From Camelus dromedarius (taxonomy: Eukaryota): DNA of 64,000 nucleotides. A program made the position numbers and the translations under genes. Shown piece after piece: positions 12,296-24,934 of this stretch (position 1 is the first letter of the stretch; every line of letters begins with the position of its first letter). The stretch spans positions 107,324,001-107,388,000 of the forward strand of contig NC_087436.1 of assembly GCF_036321535.1 (NCBI RefSeq), written 5' to 3'. The notes under the pieces were generated by a model. That model did not search any database, was not told the DNA's origin, and saw only the letters and a program-made list of their open reading frames with translations.

Positions 12296-15200
12296 TTTAA
12301 GGAATAGGCTCTTGCACTATGCCAAACAAGCAAATCCTTGCTATGTAAAAGTACTCAGAAAATTTGCTGCCTGTCTGTATAAAACTTACACAGAGTCGGT
12401 GCGTCATACTGTTTGTTTTTCCAGACGTGCTGAAGAAGTTTTCAGAGCCGTTCTTGCAACCATGTATTCATGAGAGCAGAAAACTTTAGCCACGAAATTT
12501 TTTTTTTTTTTAAACAAAAGGCCAACTGCTCATTCAAAGGGTCAAGAACATAGCCTGAACATCTTTGGAAGAAAATATTTTAAGACACTAAGTAAGCACA
12601 GCCCCAGCCACATAACGAAATAATTTACCAGCAAATGTATATACTTAATACGCATTAATTTGCTCATATTTTATTCAATGATCTAACTGTTGTGTTCTTC
12701 CACTTATTTTAAACTCTAAAACATATCTGACTTGCCTATTGCTGGTAAAAGAACACAGTCATTTAAAATTATTTAAGATTTTAGGCTGGTTTACATCTAT
12801 AAAATCAATAAATTCCACTTATTAGGGGAGAAAGAAGTTATCTCATGAACAGATGTGATACAATTCTTCTTCCATCATCTACTCTTTAGTCCCAAACTCA
12901 CTCATGATTTCACCTGAGACACTTGTGGCTTCTTGTTCACCTGCTCACAAATGCCAATTAGAATTCTTCAAGGCTCAGATGCCTTTTCTTCCTCCACCCA
13001 TCATGGTTTCACTAATCTTTAAAGCAGGCAGTGATTCCTATAATGGAACTTCACAAACAACGGGGAAACGCAGCTGAACTTTAGAAGGGCACAGAATCAT
13101 CTCAGGCCACCGTACTGTTTCATTAGCTAATCTCATTCACACACAGGGACTTTGCAGTTCTGAGACGACCCTCGTCAAAGAGACTGGCCTTCCCCCTCCT
13201 CCTCTGCACACAGCAGTTCCAGATAAGCCTAAAGAATTACTTTCTATTGCAAAAGAAACTAGTTTCATCTCTAACACCTGGCTGATATTTTCATTGTATT
13301 GAAGAAAATGCTACTTAAACAGTAACTGGAGATAAAAGGAGTCCTGATTGGAGTTAAGTCTCTGCTCAAAAGTTCAGAATAGAAAAATAGGTTTCCCATA
13401 CATGAAGTCTCTACACAGAATTATGGCAGGAAGGTAATTCTGAAATTTTATCCCTCCTTCTAATTCAGGATCCTGCCCAGAGACAAAAGTTTCGTGCTCA
13501 AGGTAAATTTAAGAAAAGTTAAAATTACTGCACTGCCTAACTGAATTGAATTATGTGTTGATAGCGAAGCTTGAGAATCATACTTTACTGTCTTAAAACT
13601 TGATAGATTAGGTGGTGCTTGCCATGATCGTGTTTTGAAAGGTGATTTCACTGCTCGTGATTGTAACTGTGGTGAAATTGTTCAGTTGGAATTTTACTCT
13701 AATGTTTTGAACTGATTTGTTCACTCAACTTCCTCTCTGAGATTTTATTCCCTCCACAGTAACTTTGTTAAACTTGAATCTGAGGTGACCCTTCTGACTT
13801 GGAACTCCAAGGCATAACTTTCTCAGGGGAAAAAAAAAAAAGTAAGATTCATTTTCAATATGAATGAATCAAAGAGGAAACACCCAGATTGAAGGTCAAG
13901 AAAATGTTACCTGGAAACTGAATCAATATCAATAGGAACAGTTCATTGAAGAGCAAGGTCTAATTTTACGTCCGGGTTAAAAAGGTGTTCGCATTTCAAA
14001 TTAAGTGGCTGGATAAGAAGAATGAAGAAAGTTTTTTTTTTTTAAAGAAGACTATTAATTATAATTCCTTAGATTTAATTTTATAGCCTAAGAAATTATC
14101 AAGAGTTCTAATAAAATATGATCCTTGACATACCTGCCTAGAAAGAATATTTAAAGCGTCACATAATTCTTAAACTGGAAGGATCCCAAAAGAATAACTA
14201 GTTTAACCTTTTTATTTTTTAAATGAAGAAACTGAGGCACAGAGAGGTTAAGTGCATATTTAGAAAGAAGGTTAAAACACTTCAGTGCAGATTTCAATTA
14301 TTGGCAAAGCAAACCCAAGTTTAACAACCATGCATAATACTGATGCATAAAAATTGCTCTCAAAATAAGTAAAAATAATCTACCATTTATTTAAAAAATT
14401 TTAAAAAGCAAAGTGGTGTTATAAATCTAATATTTCATTGAAATTCCTGGGAGAAATTCCGTTTTCCTGCCCATCTAGACTCAGATCTCCCAGTCACCCA
14501 TTAAACATTTACTGAGCACTTACTGAATGCTAAGTATAGAGCTTGAAACTCCAAAACTGCATTGTAGTCAGAATTTTGTCTGTAAAAAATGGGGAATAAA
14601 ATCTTACTACACATTGTTCCTGCTTATGAGTGCTTATACATTTTAATAACTTCCATTTTCTCCTAAAATGGTTTTCTCACTTCCTTTCAAGGAATATCAA
14701 GAATCAAAGTGTGTCTCAAGTTCCATCTATTCAATTGTCTTACTCAACAAGAACTGAATTGTGACAGGGCCACAGTTGTGCAAGGATCCCACGAGCAGTG
14801 ATGGCATCTATTTTTAATGTTTTATTCATAATATTGTTGATTTTCTTCTATACAGTGTCAGCCTCACTATTGAAAAAATAATCTAGGATGTAGTTAACCA
14901 GTAATTTACCCAATTACAAGCCTGGGAAAGCTGTTAGAAACAGTATTTATATCACTGTAGAGTGAATGTCCACCCTAAGTAATGTTGAAGTTATAAGTAG
15001 GGAAGATAAGACCATAGAGAGGAAGGCCATAGAACTGGTGAGATGAACATGGCTTAAGGTCTAATTATCAACACTGCAAATCCAGAGGCATTTTTTCTTT
15101 AGTGCACCCAGAGCTAATCCCTACTGATGAACTCACAAGTCTTTGACTTACGAGATGTAATGTCAGTGTAATCATGTATAGTGGGGAATATCCTTTTCCA

Positions 15201-15587
15201 AAAGTTTCCTGAGTTTCTTGAGTAGTGAAGGCTAACCCCTGGCCATCCTCTTCTCCCCCTTCTCTCCTGAGCCCTCAGCTGTCCGACAGAATCCTTCTCA
15301 ACACAGTTATCCAGGCACCCCCTGCCAATCACATTAAGATCAATTCTAGTAGCCTTGTTTCAAAGCAAGTTCTTAGATAACTAAGAGGCCAGGTGGTGTC
15401 AGGTTATTTTGGAGATCAGGAAATAACAGCTAATGTAGGCAGACACTCAAGTGAGGAACACTTCAGCTGAGCCCCGGGGGAAAACCCGAGACATCACCCT
15501 CCCTATTGAGAGGACTATTCCAATAGTCCTCTCAACACCTGAATATTCCAGCATTGCTCCCTCCTGGAACAGGTGAACAAAAGTCAT

Positions 15588-16423
15588 TATCTCTTCAAAC
15601 TCCTGTTTCCATTTCCTTTGGATATATACCCAGAAGTAGAATTGCTGGATCATATGGTAGTTCTATTGTTAATTTTTCAAGAAACCTCTATATTGTTTTC
15701 CATGGTGGCTAAAACAATTTGCATTCCTATCAATAGTGTACAAGAGTCCTCTTACCCCCAAATCCTCCCAGCACTTATCTCCTGTCTTCTTGATGACAGC
15801 CAAGAGATATGTGAACTCTTGTGTTTACTGCAGGAATATTCACAATAACTAAGATATGGAAACAACCTAAGTGTCCATCAACAGATGATTAACAGGTCAA
15901 CAGATGAATGAATAATAATGAAGTTGTGAGATATACATACACACACACACACACACACACAATGGATTATTATTCTACAATGAGAAAAAGAAAAGGAAAT
16001 CCTGACATTTGCAACACCATGGATGAAACCTGAAGGCATTATGCTAAGTGAGAAGTCATAGAAATACAAATATTGTACAAAATCACTCAAATGTAGAATC
16101 TAAAAAAGTCAAACTTGTAAAAAGTGAGAGTAGAATGGTGTTTACAAGAGGTTGGGGGTGGGAGGAGATATTGTTTAAGGGTACAAACTGGGGACTAATA
16201 AATAGATAAGTAAGTTCTGGACAGCTAATGCTAATCACAATGCAGTCATTATAGTCAACAATAAGGTATTACAAACCTCAGAGATGCCAAGAGACTAGAT
16301 CTTAATTGTTCCTACCACCAAAAAAAAAAGGAAATGTTAGTTCTGTAACTTAATAGAGGTGTTAGCTAACACTAAGGTGGTAATGATATTATAATATATA
16401 AATGTTTCAAATCAACATGTTGT
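15588..16423 (+). mobile_element. L1 3' end with an inverted 5' segment
   Basis: 15588-15802 is L1 on the minus strand and 15803-16423 is L1 on the plus strand; contains (AC)11 at 15939-15960. Confidence 0.8.
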
Positions 16424-17047
16424 CATCAGTTTCATCAAAAAATTATCAAATCCTTCTTTTCCCCTTTTTCGAGATTCTATTGAATCCACTCTTTATATTA
16501 AAAAAATAGATTTTTTTCAGATAAATTATACTTCCTTATTTTACAGGTCTCTATTATAGTTATAAAAATAGAATTGCACTTCTGTTTGCTGCTCTACACA
16601 AAAAAACTACTGGACAGATTGTCATAAAAATGGAGGGTGAGTTTGGAATCATCTAATAAAAAATTTTTTAAAGGCTGTATAGCAGTCTTAAAATTCACTG
16701 GGCCTGGGGTGATGGGGGACCTTAAGTCATTATCCCCTCAAAGCAGTTGGGATTGAATTAAAAAGAAGCTCAAAAGGAACGTCCATCTGCAGGGGCAGAG
16801 AGTGTGCACTAGAATGCTATGGAAAGAGACAATAAAGAATGGTTTCCAATCAGGAAGCACAAGGATAGATTCTCTGATTATGATTGAGCTTTTTCTGACA
16901 CGGACAGCTCCATGAAACCTGTTCCCATGAAGCAGATGCACCAGGTTCTATGTTTCTAAGAGGGTGTGCCTGCTAAATGTTATATCTTCCTAATCACATC
17001 AACACGTCTCCCCTGGGTAAGCCTGGTGAAGTAGCTCAACTACAACA

Positions 17048-17048
<1 letters not shown>

Positions 17049-17084
<36 letters not shown>
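17049..17084. repeat. (TG)18 microsatellite
   Basis: Perfect dinucleotide run. Confidence 0.95.
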
Positions 17085-17085
<1 letters not shown>

Positions 17086-18829
17086 CTCCACCAGTCACTT
17101 GATCATAGAACATGTTCTTTAAACCCCCTAAACTGACCATCATAGCACTTCAGAAATGTGCAGGAAAATAAAACCCATGGAATCTGAAAACTGCAGTTGA
17201 CAGGACTGGATAATGAGCACCAATCCCTTCTCTTCACAGTGGAGAACACTAAGATCCAGATTATGTATTTTGGCCAGAGTGATGGATGTCCTTAAGGTAT
17301 AAAGCAATTATATCAAACACAAAAATCACAGTTAACATTTTAAGGTGTTCAGGTCATGCAAATATATTAATTACTTTATTCTCATAGCTGACTTTGGGTT
17401 AGGCAGAATGGAAGTGAGCATCAGTCCCACCGAACAGGTGAGGAAGTTGACACGCAGAGAGAACTTCCCCAAAAGCACACCCTCAGAACATGGGACTCAG
17501 CCTTCACACCCCAGACCCTGTAGACTTTCCACTCTGCCATACTTCATATGGGGGATGGAAGACAAAGGAGAGTATGCCACTGAACAGAAGTAGGGGAGAA
17601 GCAATAGAGGAAAGTCATCTAGCATATCTGTTTAAGGTGAACTGTGTAAACTCTGGCTGTCTGAGTTTATCTGTGGTCTGTGTATGTAGGTTGTTAAGAT
17701 ACAAACGTATTAGAAATCATTTTCTTCATGACTTTTCAAATTCCACAAACTTATACACTGGCACACACTAACAATTCTTGTGCAAAGCCTTCAAATCTCA
17801 TTCATCCTTCTCAAATCTGACCTTGACTCCTCTTTGCTAGCTGCCATCCAGTCCAGCCAGCAGCAACAGTCCCAAGTGAATCTGACATCCCACCCCACGC
17901 ATACCCAAAGCTGTGAGCTCTCCATGAGCTACGGGATGAACTGCTCCACTGGGCTAAGTTGAGAAAGGTTTACTCTGAAAAGCAATAAAACAATAGATCT
18001 GGAGTGGGACTCTATATTCAGGTAACTGAGCCTCTGTTTTGAGCTTGCAATAGATTTTTAATTGGCGAGTTTTTCCAAAAGGTCAGTGTGTCAACCTTTG
18101 AGATCTTTCCTTAATTCTTAGGATTCTTTTTCAATGCACATTTAGAAAAACACAGGTGCTTAACACCTTTGGTCCAGTTAAACGGGCTTCTGTGATCTGA
18201 AATTGACATAGGCAGGTGGCTGCCAGGTCTGACTTTGGGAAATGGATGTATTTCTCCTTTGCTGGCTCTCCGTGGGAAGCGGAAGAGGAGAGGGAGGGGG
18301 AACGCTGACAGACAACAGCAGGGTGATTCTCCGCTCAGCATCTCGTCTTGGTGGTATACCCGAGCTGCAAGATTTATAACCTTCTCGTTACAATGCATCA
18401 GCTTCAACACTTTCAGTGAAGTCTTCAATAACTTCGATGACATCTTGCTGAGGGGTTTTGTCATTAAAAGCCTAAAGCTGGTCATTAACAAACCTTCTCT
18501 GCAATCATCTACCGCTGGGCTAACTCAGGCATGGATCTGACTCGAAAGTTGGGCTGGCTCAGAAACTTTCCAGAAGGCTGCTTTTTTTTTTTTTTTTCCC
18601 CTGTGTAGGTTCTATTTCTTGAGGGAAAGAAAATATAGCTCCCCATCATTTAATCATTTATTTCCCATTATCCATTGACTAGCTCTTCTCTGATAGACAC
18701 AATCACATTCAACAAACATGCTCAGAACAGCCACTATCTGACGGAAACGGTGCTTGGGGCTGAAGATATAATTATACAAAAGACACAGCTCCAATTCTCC
18801 GAAGGTTCAGAGATGCCCCCCAAAATTAG

Positions 18830-19050
18830 CATCACTGACAGAATCCTTCGTCATGTGCCACACTCCGTATTGAGGCTCTCTAAGCATCACCATATTCATT
18901 TTTCCCCATTCTTTAGAAGACAGGGGTTCTGATTATCCCCATTGTAAAGATTAGATCGCTGAAGTGTTGTGTGTTTAAGATTTTTCCCCAAATCATGAAA
19001 CTTGTAAGTGCCGGGACCAGGTTTCAAACCCATGTCTTGCCTGACTTCAA
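18830..19050. mobile_element. MIR SINE
   Basis: attatccccattgtaaaga...cccaaatcatgaaacttgtaagtgccgggaccaggtttcaaaccc. Confidence 0.7.
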
Positions 19051-19739
19051 GCTAGTTCCTGTACTCCAAAGCACAGGATTGAGCCAGGAAGAAGGAAAAG
19101 ATTGTGGCATTCCAGGCTGAGCAAAGGCAGGCGCATACTCAGTCTGGGTGAGGAGCAGTATGAACCCTCAAGTATGGCCCGTGGGGAACAGCCTCCCCTG
19201 GCTTCCCACCCTTCCTCACCCCCTCAGCAACCTTCAGATTATTGTGTATTTCCCTAAGAACTTAAACTTGCCTGCTAGCTCCAGAGCAGCAAGGACGGGT
19301 GGCAATTTTATGACTCTGACAAAGAGTCGTATCATGGGAGAGGAGCTTAACCCTTTGAAGATCACCACTTCCTGAACTTAGACAAAAATTCACGTGGCAG
19401 AGCAAGTCCAGCTACTCGGTTGTCTCTGCCACCAATGATTTGACTTTTCACCTCATCAGGCAACCTCTCCCGTGGAAATAATGAATGGAGGCAGGTCCTG
19501 GCGGCTTTCTCCTCTATAAGATTCAATCGTAAGTAGCCAGTAGGCCAATGATACCACACTCATACAGAGGCTTCCCAAAAAGAATGATGGAGAAAACTGC
19601 AGACAAGGTGGAATATGCTGTCATAATTCAGAGACTTGAGAGGGATGGAATTAAAAAAAGAAGGTTTGGGATTCTATTTTTTCAATAACAAGGAAAATAA
19701 CTTGGGGTGATAAATATATTCTTGAGGGTGTATTTTGTA

Positions 19740-19985
19740 ACAATAATAATCTCCATTGGTTGAGGGCCAGCTACGTGCCAGATATTGCCAGGGGTGTTTA
19801 ACACAATCATTATGAAATGAAATCTGCACAGCGCTGCCAGGGAACATGATACCCCATTTTCACAGATGAGCAAACTGAGAGTTTGGGAGGTTGACCAGTT
19901 TGCCAAAGTCCCCTCATTGAATTACCTGCAGAGCTGGAATGCAAGCTCAGTTACATATTATTTCAAGTTTTTGTGTCTCCACTGC
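19740..19985. mobile_element. MIR SINE
   Basis: ccccattttcacagatgagcaaactgag core. Confidence 0.75.
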
Positions 19986-20759
19986 GTTGTTTTTCTCTTA
20001 TCCATTGCTGCATTAATTAAAACACAACCTACTTAAAGGCTTTTGAATAATGCAATGATTAAAAAGGCATTCACTGCATCTTTTTTTCCTTGAAATGACA
20101 TCTTTCCTCTTTTTTTTTTTTTCCCCTTTCCCACAAGGAAACCGAAACATTAGCTTCCTTTTTACTGCTCAATTCATTGTTGTGGGATTTTACTTGAAGA
20201 GATTAGTAAGACCTCCAGGCAGACACCATTGATTCAACTCTAGTGTCATTATGCGCCCGTCTGTATGTGTGTTGTTGGAGGGAAGGCTTTGTTCCTGGGA
20301 ATCACAAAGCCATCATCCGCCTGACTCCCCGGGTTCCTGCGGGCTCTCACCTGCGGCGCTTCCCACCAGCGTCTTCCTTGGCCTGCTGTTATTCTGAATT
20401 GCTCACAGGGTGCTGCTTACTGGTAAAGTTCTCGCCAATCAAGATCAGCTCTACCTCGGAGGAGTCTCAGGAAATCGATTAGTGATTTCAGCTCTCTTCC
20501 TCTGACTTGAGGCAGGATGGGGGTGCCTTAGCTTCATCCGAGGACCTGTCAGCTCCTGCAGATGCAGCATGAAGCACTTTCAAAGAATCTATGCAAGCCG
20601 AGAGCACCAAAGGTGAGACAAAGTTTCCATGTGGTGGGACAAACAAGCACTTTGAGTCAGAAAGCCGTGGACTCACAGATCTTACCAAACAGACACAAAA
20701 ATAGGACTAGTTGTAGCAGTAATAATAATAATATACACATTCTACCTTGTTCCAGTAAA

Positions 20760-20880
20760 TATTACTTAGCTACTTTGTGGATCTGGGGCAAATGACCTAG
20801 CCTCTTTGAAACTCAGTATTCCCATCTGTAAAATAGGAGTGCTGATCTCATCTCACTCTTTTGAAAATGAAATGAGATGA
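20760..20880. mobile_element. MIR SINE fragment
   Basis: ctcagtattcccatctgtaaaatagg. Confidence 0.65.
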
Positions 20881-20889
20881 CAGCATCCA

Positions 20890-21300
20890 TTAAAACTTTT
20901 CATTCCAAGTGATTGAAATCCAATAGAAATGGAATCAGGTGAAGCAGAAAGTGCATTTAATTACAAATAATAGTAATATCTCTCAAGAATGCGCATACAG
21001 CTGGGTCTGACGAAAACTGGAATTAGAGGAGCAAGTGTCACCCTGAAGGTCTCCTCACTACTTGCCTCTATTTCCCTAGAGGCACCTGCAGCTCCCCTCT
21101 CACTACTCCTAAGCTTTACATGGCAACGCATAGCCACCAATGGCCGGCAAAGTTACATCCCCTTGCCAAGCCACGATATGAGACAAACAAATTGACTAGT
21201 GCAAGTTCTAAATCCCAGGAAAGAACTGGGATTGGCCCAGCTCATGTCATGTGCCTACATCTAGACCAATCGATTGTCTGCAAGCCTAAGGATAGGGGAA
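20890..21300 (-). mobile_element. Old MaLR LTR (MLT1J/K/L-like)
   Basis: gattggcccagctcatgtcatgtgcctacatctagaccaatc motif. Confidence 0.55.
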
Positions 21301-22381
21301 ACTGGGCATTTGATAGAAAAAAAGGGTAACTAGAAAAGAGAGTTTTACTACAGATGAAATAATTAGTGTCCACTACAACAGCATATGAAAAACAGCTATC
21401 ACCCCACCCAGTCCAGAATGGATACACTTAATATAAGTATCAATGTGTAGATGTCTGCATATTTTGAAAGGCTATATTTTTAAAAAGCAAGACAAATACA
21501 ATATTATGTGTTAATTACAGTGAATATAAATCACCTAATGTTAAGAATCAGTAGAGAATGTAATGTTGTGAACAATTAATGTGCATGATATTTTTTACAT
21601 CAATTCAAAAGTACAATAGAAATTCAACAAGTTCAAAAACAGAATTTTGTCCCTAACCCTACTATTCTCTCCTATCCCTTAGAAACCCAAATCTCACATT
21701 TTCTACTCTCGCCTTCAGTTACTTTTCTGTCTTTAAGTGATTTTAGCTTGTGGGTCCACCACTGAGTTTTTAGTGTTAAAGAGCTAAGGGACTCTATAAA
21801 GTAGTTGGTATGATTTCAAAGAGCAGTGAAATGTCCTTGTATATTATCACTAAACAGAGCCCATGCTGGGAATAAAAAAGCCAATTCCTATTTTTCATTC
21901 TTTTCCCTAAAATACACAGAACAATTTTGGGCAGGTCATTTGTGGTCCCTATGGGGTCCGTAAATCTGATGATGGTAACTTGCTCGCTTGTCTCTCAGAA
22001 TGAAGATGGGAACACCAGTGTATTAACTATGAATAGGGTCATTTACGGGGAGAAGTGAGGAGGAGTCTTAGAAAACTAGAGATTTCTCTTTCTTATCAGA
22101 AGGGGAATTTCAACAGAGAGGAAAAACTTGTTTTGTGCCTAATACAAAAGAATTCTTTTTCTTGGATCAAACTGGAAGGATCCAATCACCCTCTGCCAAT
22201 AAACTCCAGGCCTGGGTGAGGGATTCAGTCAATATATTTTAGGTTTTGGAAAGAAATCACTTTTTTGTCACTTTCCAGAATTCCTTCTGGCTGATTCCAG
22301 TATATTACTGATTTATTTTGGAAAGAATCATTCCAGGACCTCTCAAACAAAATGATGAGAAATAACTGTGCCTATCATGGT

Positions 22382-22404
22382 AAAAAAAAAAAAAAAAAAA
22401 AAAA
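22382..22404. repeat. Poly(A)23 tract
   Basis: Mononucleotide run. Confidence 0.9.
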
Positions 22405-23153
22405 GCAAGTGAAAGTCTCATTTTGCATTGGATTTTGTTGCCATGGTATGATTCCTTTATAGGGAGGAGAAATTAAATTGATGAAGCAACAGTGTTCCAA
22501 GTGGTAGTTAATATTAACTGGTGTAGAAATGTGTGTTACCAGTTAAAGATTATTCCTTCACGTTTGTTTTCAAACATGAAAAGAATTCCAAGGGAGGAAA
22601 GGAGTTACCAGAATAATGATACTGTCTTGACAAAATTCATAGATTCTATACGACAAAAAAAAAAAAAAAAAGTTCCTAACCAGGCTGTTTGGTTACAGTT
22701 TTAAATGAAACATACATTGATTGAAAACACATACCCCTTTAAAGTTTATTGCATGAATGCTTAATTTGGGTCATTTAAGAATTCTCTCAATGTATTTCTT
22801 GATAGTTAGGATATTAAAATATGCAAATAAGCCTGCTCTAGTTGGTCAGTCATGATCTTTTTGTAATAACTAAAGTTCTCTCCCAAAAGCCACCATTCCT
22901 CCTATTCATGTCACCTTCACCCAGGAGTCACAAAATGCTGAAGACAGTCGCTTTTTACTTGATTAAATTTCGGGAGGTTGAAGCTAGGCTGAAATTCTCA
23001 GCTTTTTTCTCCTCTCTCTCTTAATTACATGGCTTTACACTGATTTACATGAATTTCAGCTTTCAACATCATTGGTCTTTGCTGAATGCAAATCGGCACA
23101 TGGGAAAATCATATTAAGTTTGCACAATTGATCTTTCATCATTCACATGGCAC

Positions 23154-23277
23154 CTTTGAGCAGTTCCTGAAATGTCTGTCTGAAACACTCCCAGCGCTGA
23201 GTGTCATCGAAAGATGGGGCCTCATCCAGGGGAAACCCATTCTCAGTGATGTAAATTACAGGGTTATTATACGTTTC
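23154..23277 (-). CDS. GBA3: GBA3 coding exon 4 (about aa 362-402), with nucleophile Glu373
   Basis: Manual translation [46 protein letters not shown] is the GH1 nucleophile motif (GAG at 23242-23244). Acceptor cttctgcttcttgttccag|GA, donor AAG|GTGCCA. 124 nt, phase 0-1, in frame with exon 3. Confidence 0.96.
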
Positions 23278-24009
23278 CTGGAACAAGAAGCAGAAGTTTT
23301 ATTCCAAACAGATGTAAATTTTAAAAAAAAAAAAATCTCATAAAATCAGGTGCATTTACCCTCTATCTTCTCTAAGCTACAACCCCAAAACTAGTTTTCA
23401 TCAAATTGCACTGACCCTATTAACTTAATTTTCCACATGCTGACCTTTTATAACTAACAATGGAGAAGAAAAACTGTGCAAATATGCATGAAGACAGTCA
23501 AATGACTCTTGCAATAATGAGAAGACAGAAATATCTTTCTTCCGTCAGCATCTGCTGGTTGTCACTGCTCCTTAACCCCCTGGTCTCCACCCGCCTCCCC
23601 AGCAACCACACTCTCTATCTTCCAACAGTGGGCATCCTAAAAACTGGTAACTTAAAAATTTTAATGACAGCTACCTTAATGCCATCCAGAGTGAAAAAGA
23701 CCCGAAAAGGATCCAGCCATTTTGCCTTTTAGTAATCACAGTTGTAACCCTAACCTGAAAAAATATGTCCAAGCCACTACTGTAGCCACAACTGAATTTA
23801 ACAGTGCCTCTTAACTTCAATCATGGTTTTGAAGCCCTTTATCAGCTAGTTCCTCCTCATCAACTTAAATACAGTCTTCTCTTCCCAGGTCAACAAGTGT
23901 ATATGCTGTTGCCAAAGTCATTCTTTTTTTCAGGTTCTTACACACACAGACATATTGCCTGTCTTCCCATGTTTGGGGGCACATGGATGCAAACAAATTG
24001 TGCATTTAC

Positions 24010-24806
24010 CTTAATGTATTTCAGCAGTTTACGTATTCCCCATGGCACCACGTAGACCCAGTCCAAATTTATCCAAGACGAGTCTGGAAATACCTTGACC
24101 TCTGCATCCTGGAGAAAACCCAGTTCTCCTTTCTTGCTCTCCTGGTACTTAACTAAACGAGTCGTATAATATTGCACAGCAAAGAAATCAGCAGTGCCTC
24201 TGATCATTTTCTTCTCTTCTTCTGTAAATTCTGGAAGCCTTGATGATGGATAGCCTTGCTTTTTACTCATGAGGGCAACCTGGGACTTGACAACTTCAGG
24301 ATAATCGCCATCAATAAATATGGGTTTAGCAAAGAAATCCAATTGGAAAGCAATGGCTCTCTTAGTAGCTTCCTGGTCAGACACTGAGTTCGGATCTGCT
24401 GGTTCCACCCAGCCAGCAAAAATTGATAAAGACACCATTCCCTTCTGCTCTTTTCGGAATAAGGAATCATAGCTGTGCCAGGATCTGGCATGAGCTTTAA
24501 TCAAATTATGAGCTGCCTGATAAACTTTAGTTCCAACCTGAGGGACACCAGGAGGAAATGCACCCAATTCATACGCCACCAGGGCCAACATATTTGGCTC
24601 GTTTATGGTGATCCAGTGCTTGACTCGATCCCCAAACGTACTGAAGCAAAACCAGGCGTATTTGTCGAAGGAGTCAATGATGGCCTCTGACAACCAACCT
24701 CCTTGGTCTTCTAAGGCCTGAGGCAAATCAAAGTGGTAGAGGGTCACGATGGGTGTAACCCCATTTGTTAACAAATCATCAATGATCTTGTTGTAATAGT
24801 CAATTC
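24010..24806 (-). CDS. GBA3: GBA3 coding exon 3 (about aa 96-361), with acid/base Glu165
   Basis: [28 protein letters not shown]...WITINEPN...QYYTTR...[14 protein letters not shown]. Acceptor ttttgttttattcctag|GA, donor AAG|GTAAAT. 797 nt, phase 1-0. Catalytic GAG codon at 24598-24600. Confidence 0.97.
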
Positions 24807-24934
24807 CTAGGAATAAAACAAAAGAAAGTATGAGAAGAAAAGTTATTTTTAGTATATTGATAATACATAAGGATCAGGAATCATAATTTCCTAAATAACT
24901 TCCATCAAAATAAGACTTACTCAACTCTAATGTA

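Noticed and set aside
18388..18471. Protein-like frame AFNDKTPQQDVIEVIEDFTESVEADAL* after a tttag, as a possible alternative last exon
   Set aside because: Weak polypyrimidine tract. After exon 4 (phase 1) it stops immediately, and it is in frame only if exon 4 is skipped. No recognisable homology.
1..23153. Search for GBA3 exon 5 (WSLLDNFEW)
   Set aside because: Not seen by eye; presumed to lie beyond the left edge.
23938..24009. C-terminal tail VNAQFVCIH... and the start codon of the 278-aa ORF
   Set aside because: Read-through into intron 3 past the GT donor at 24009; the ORF-track start is an internal Leu codon.
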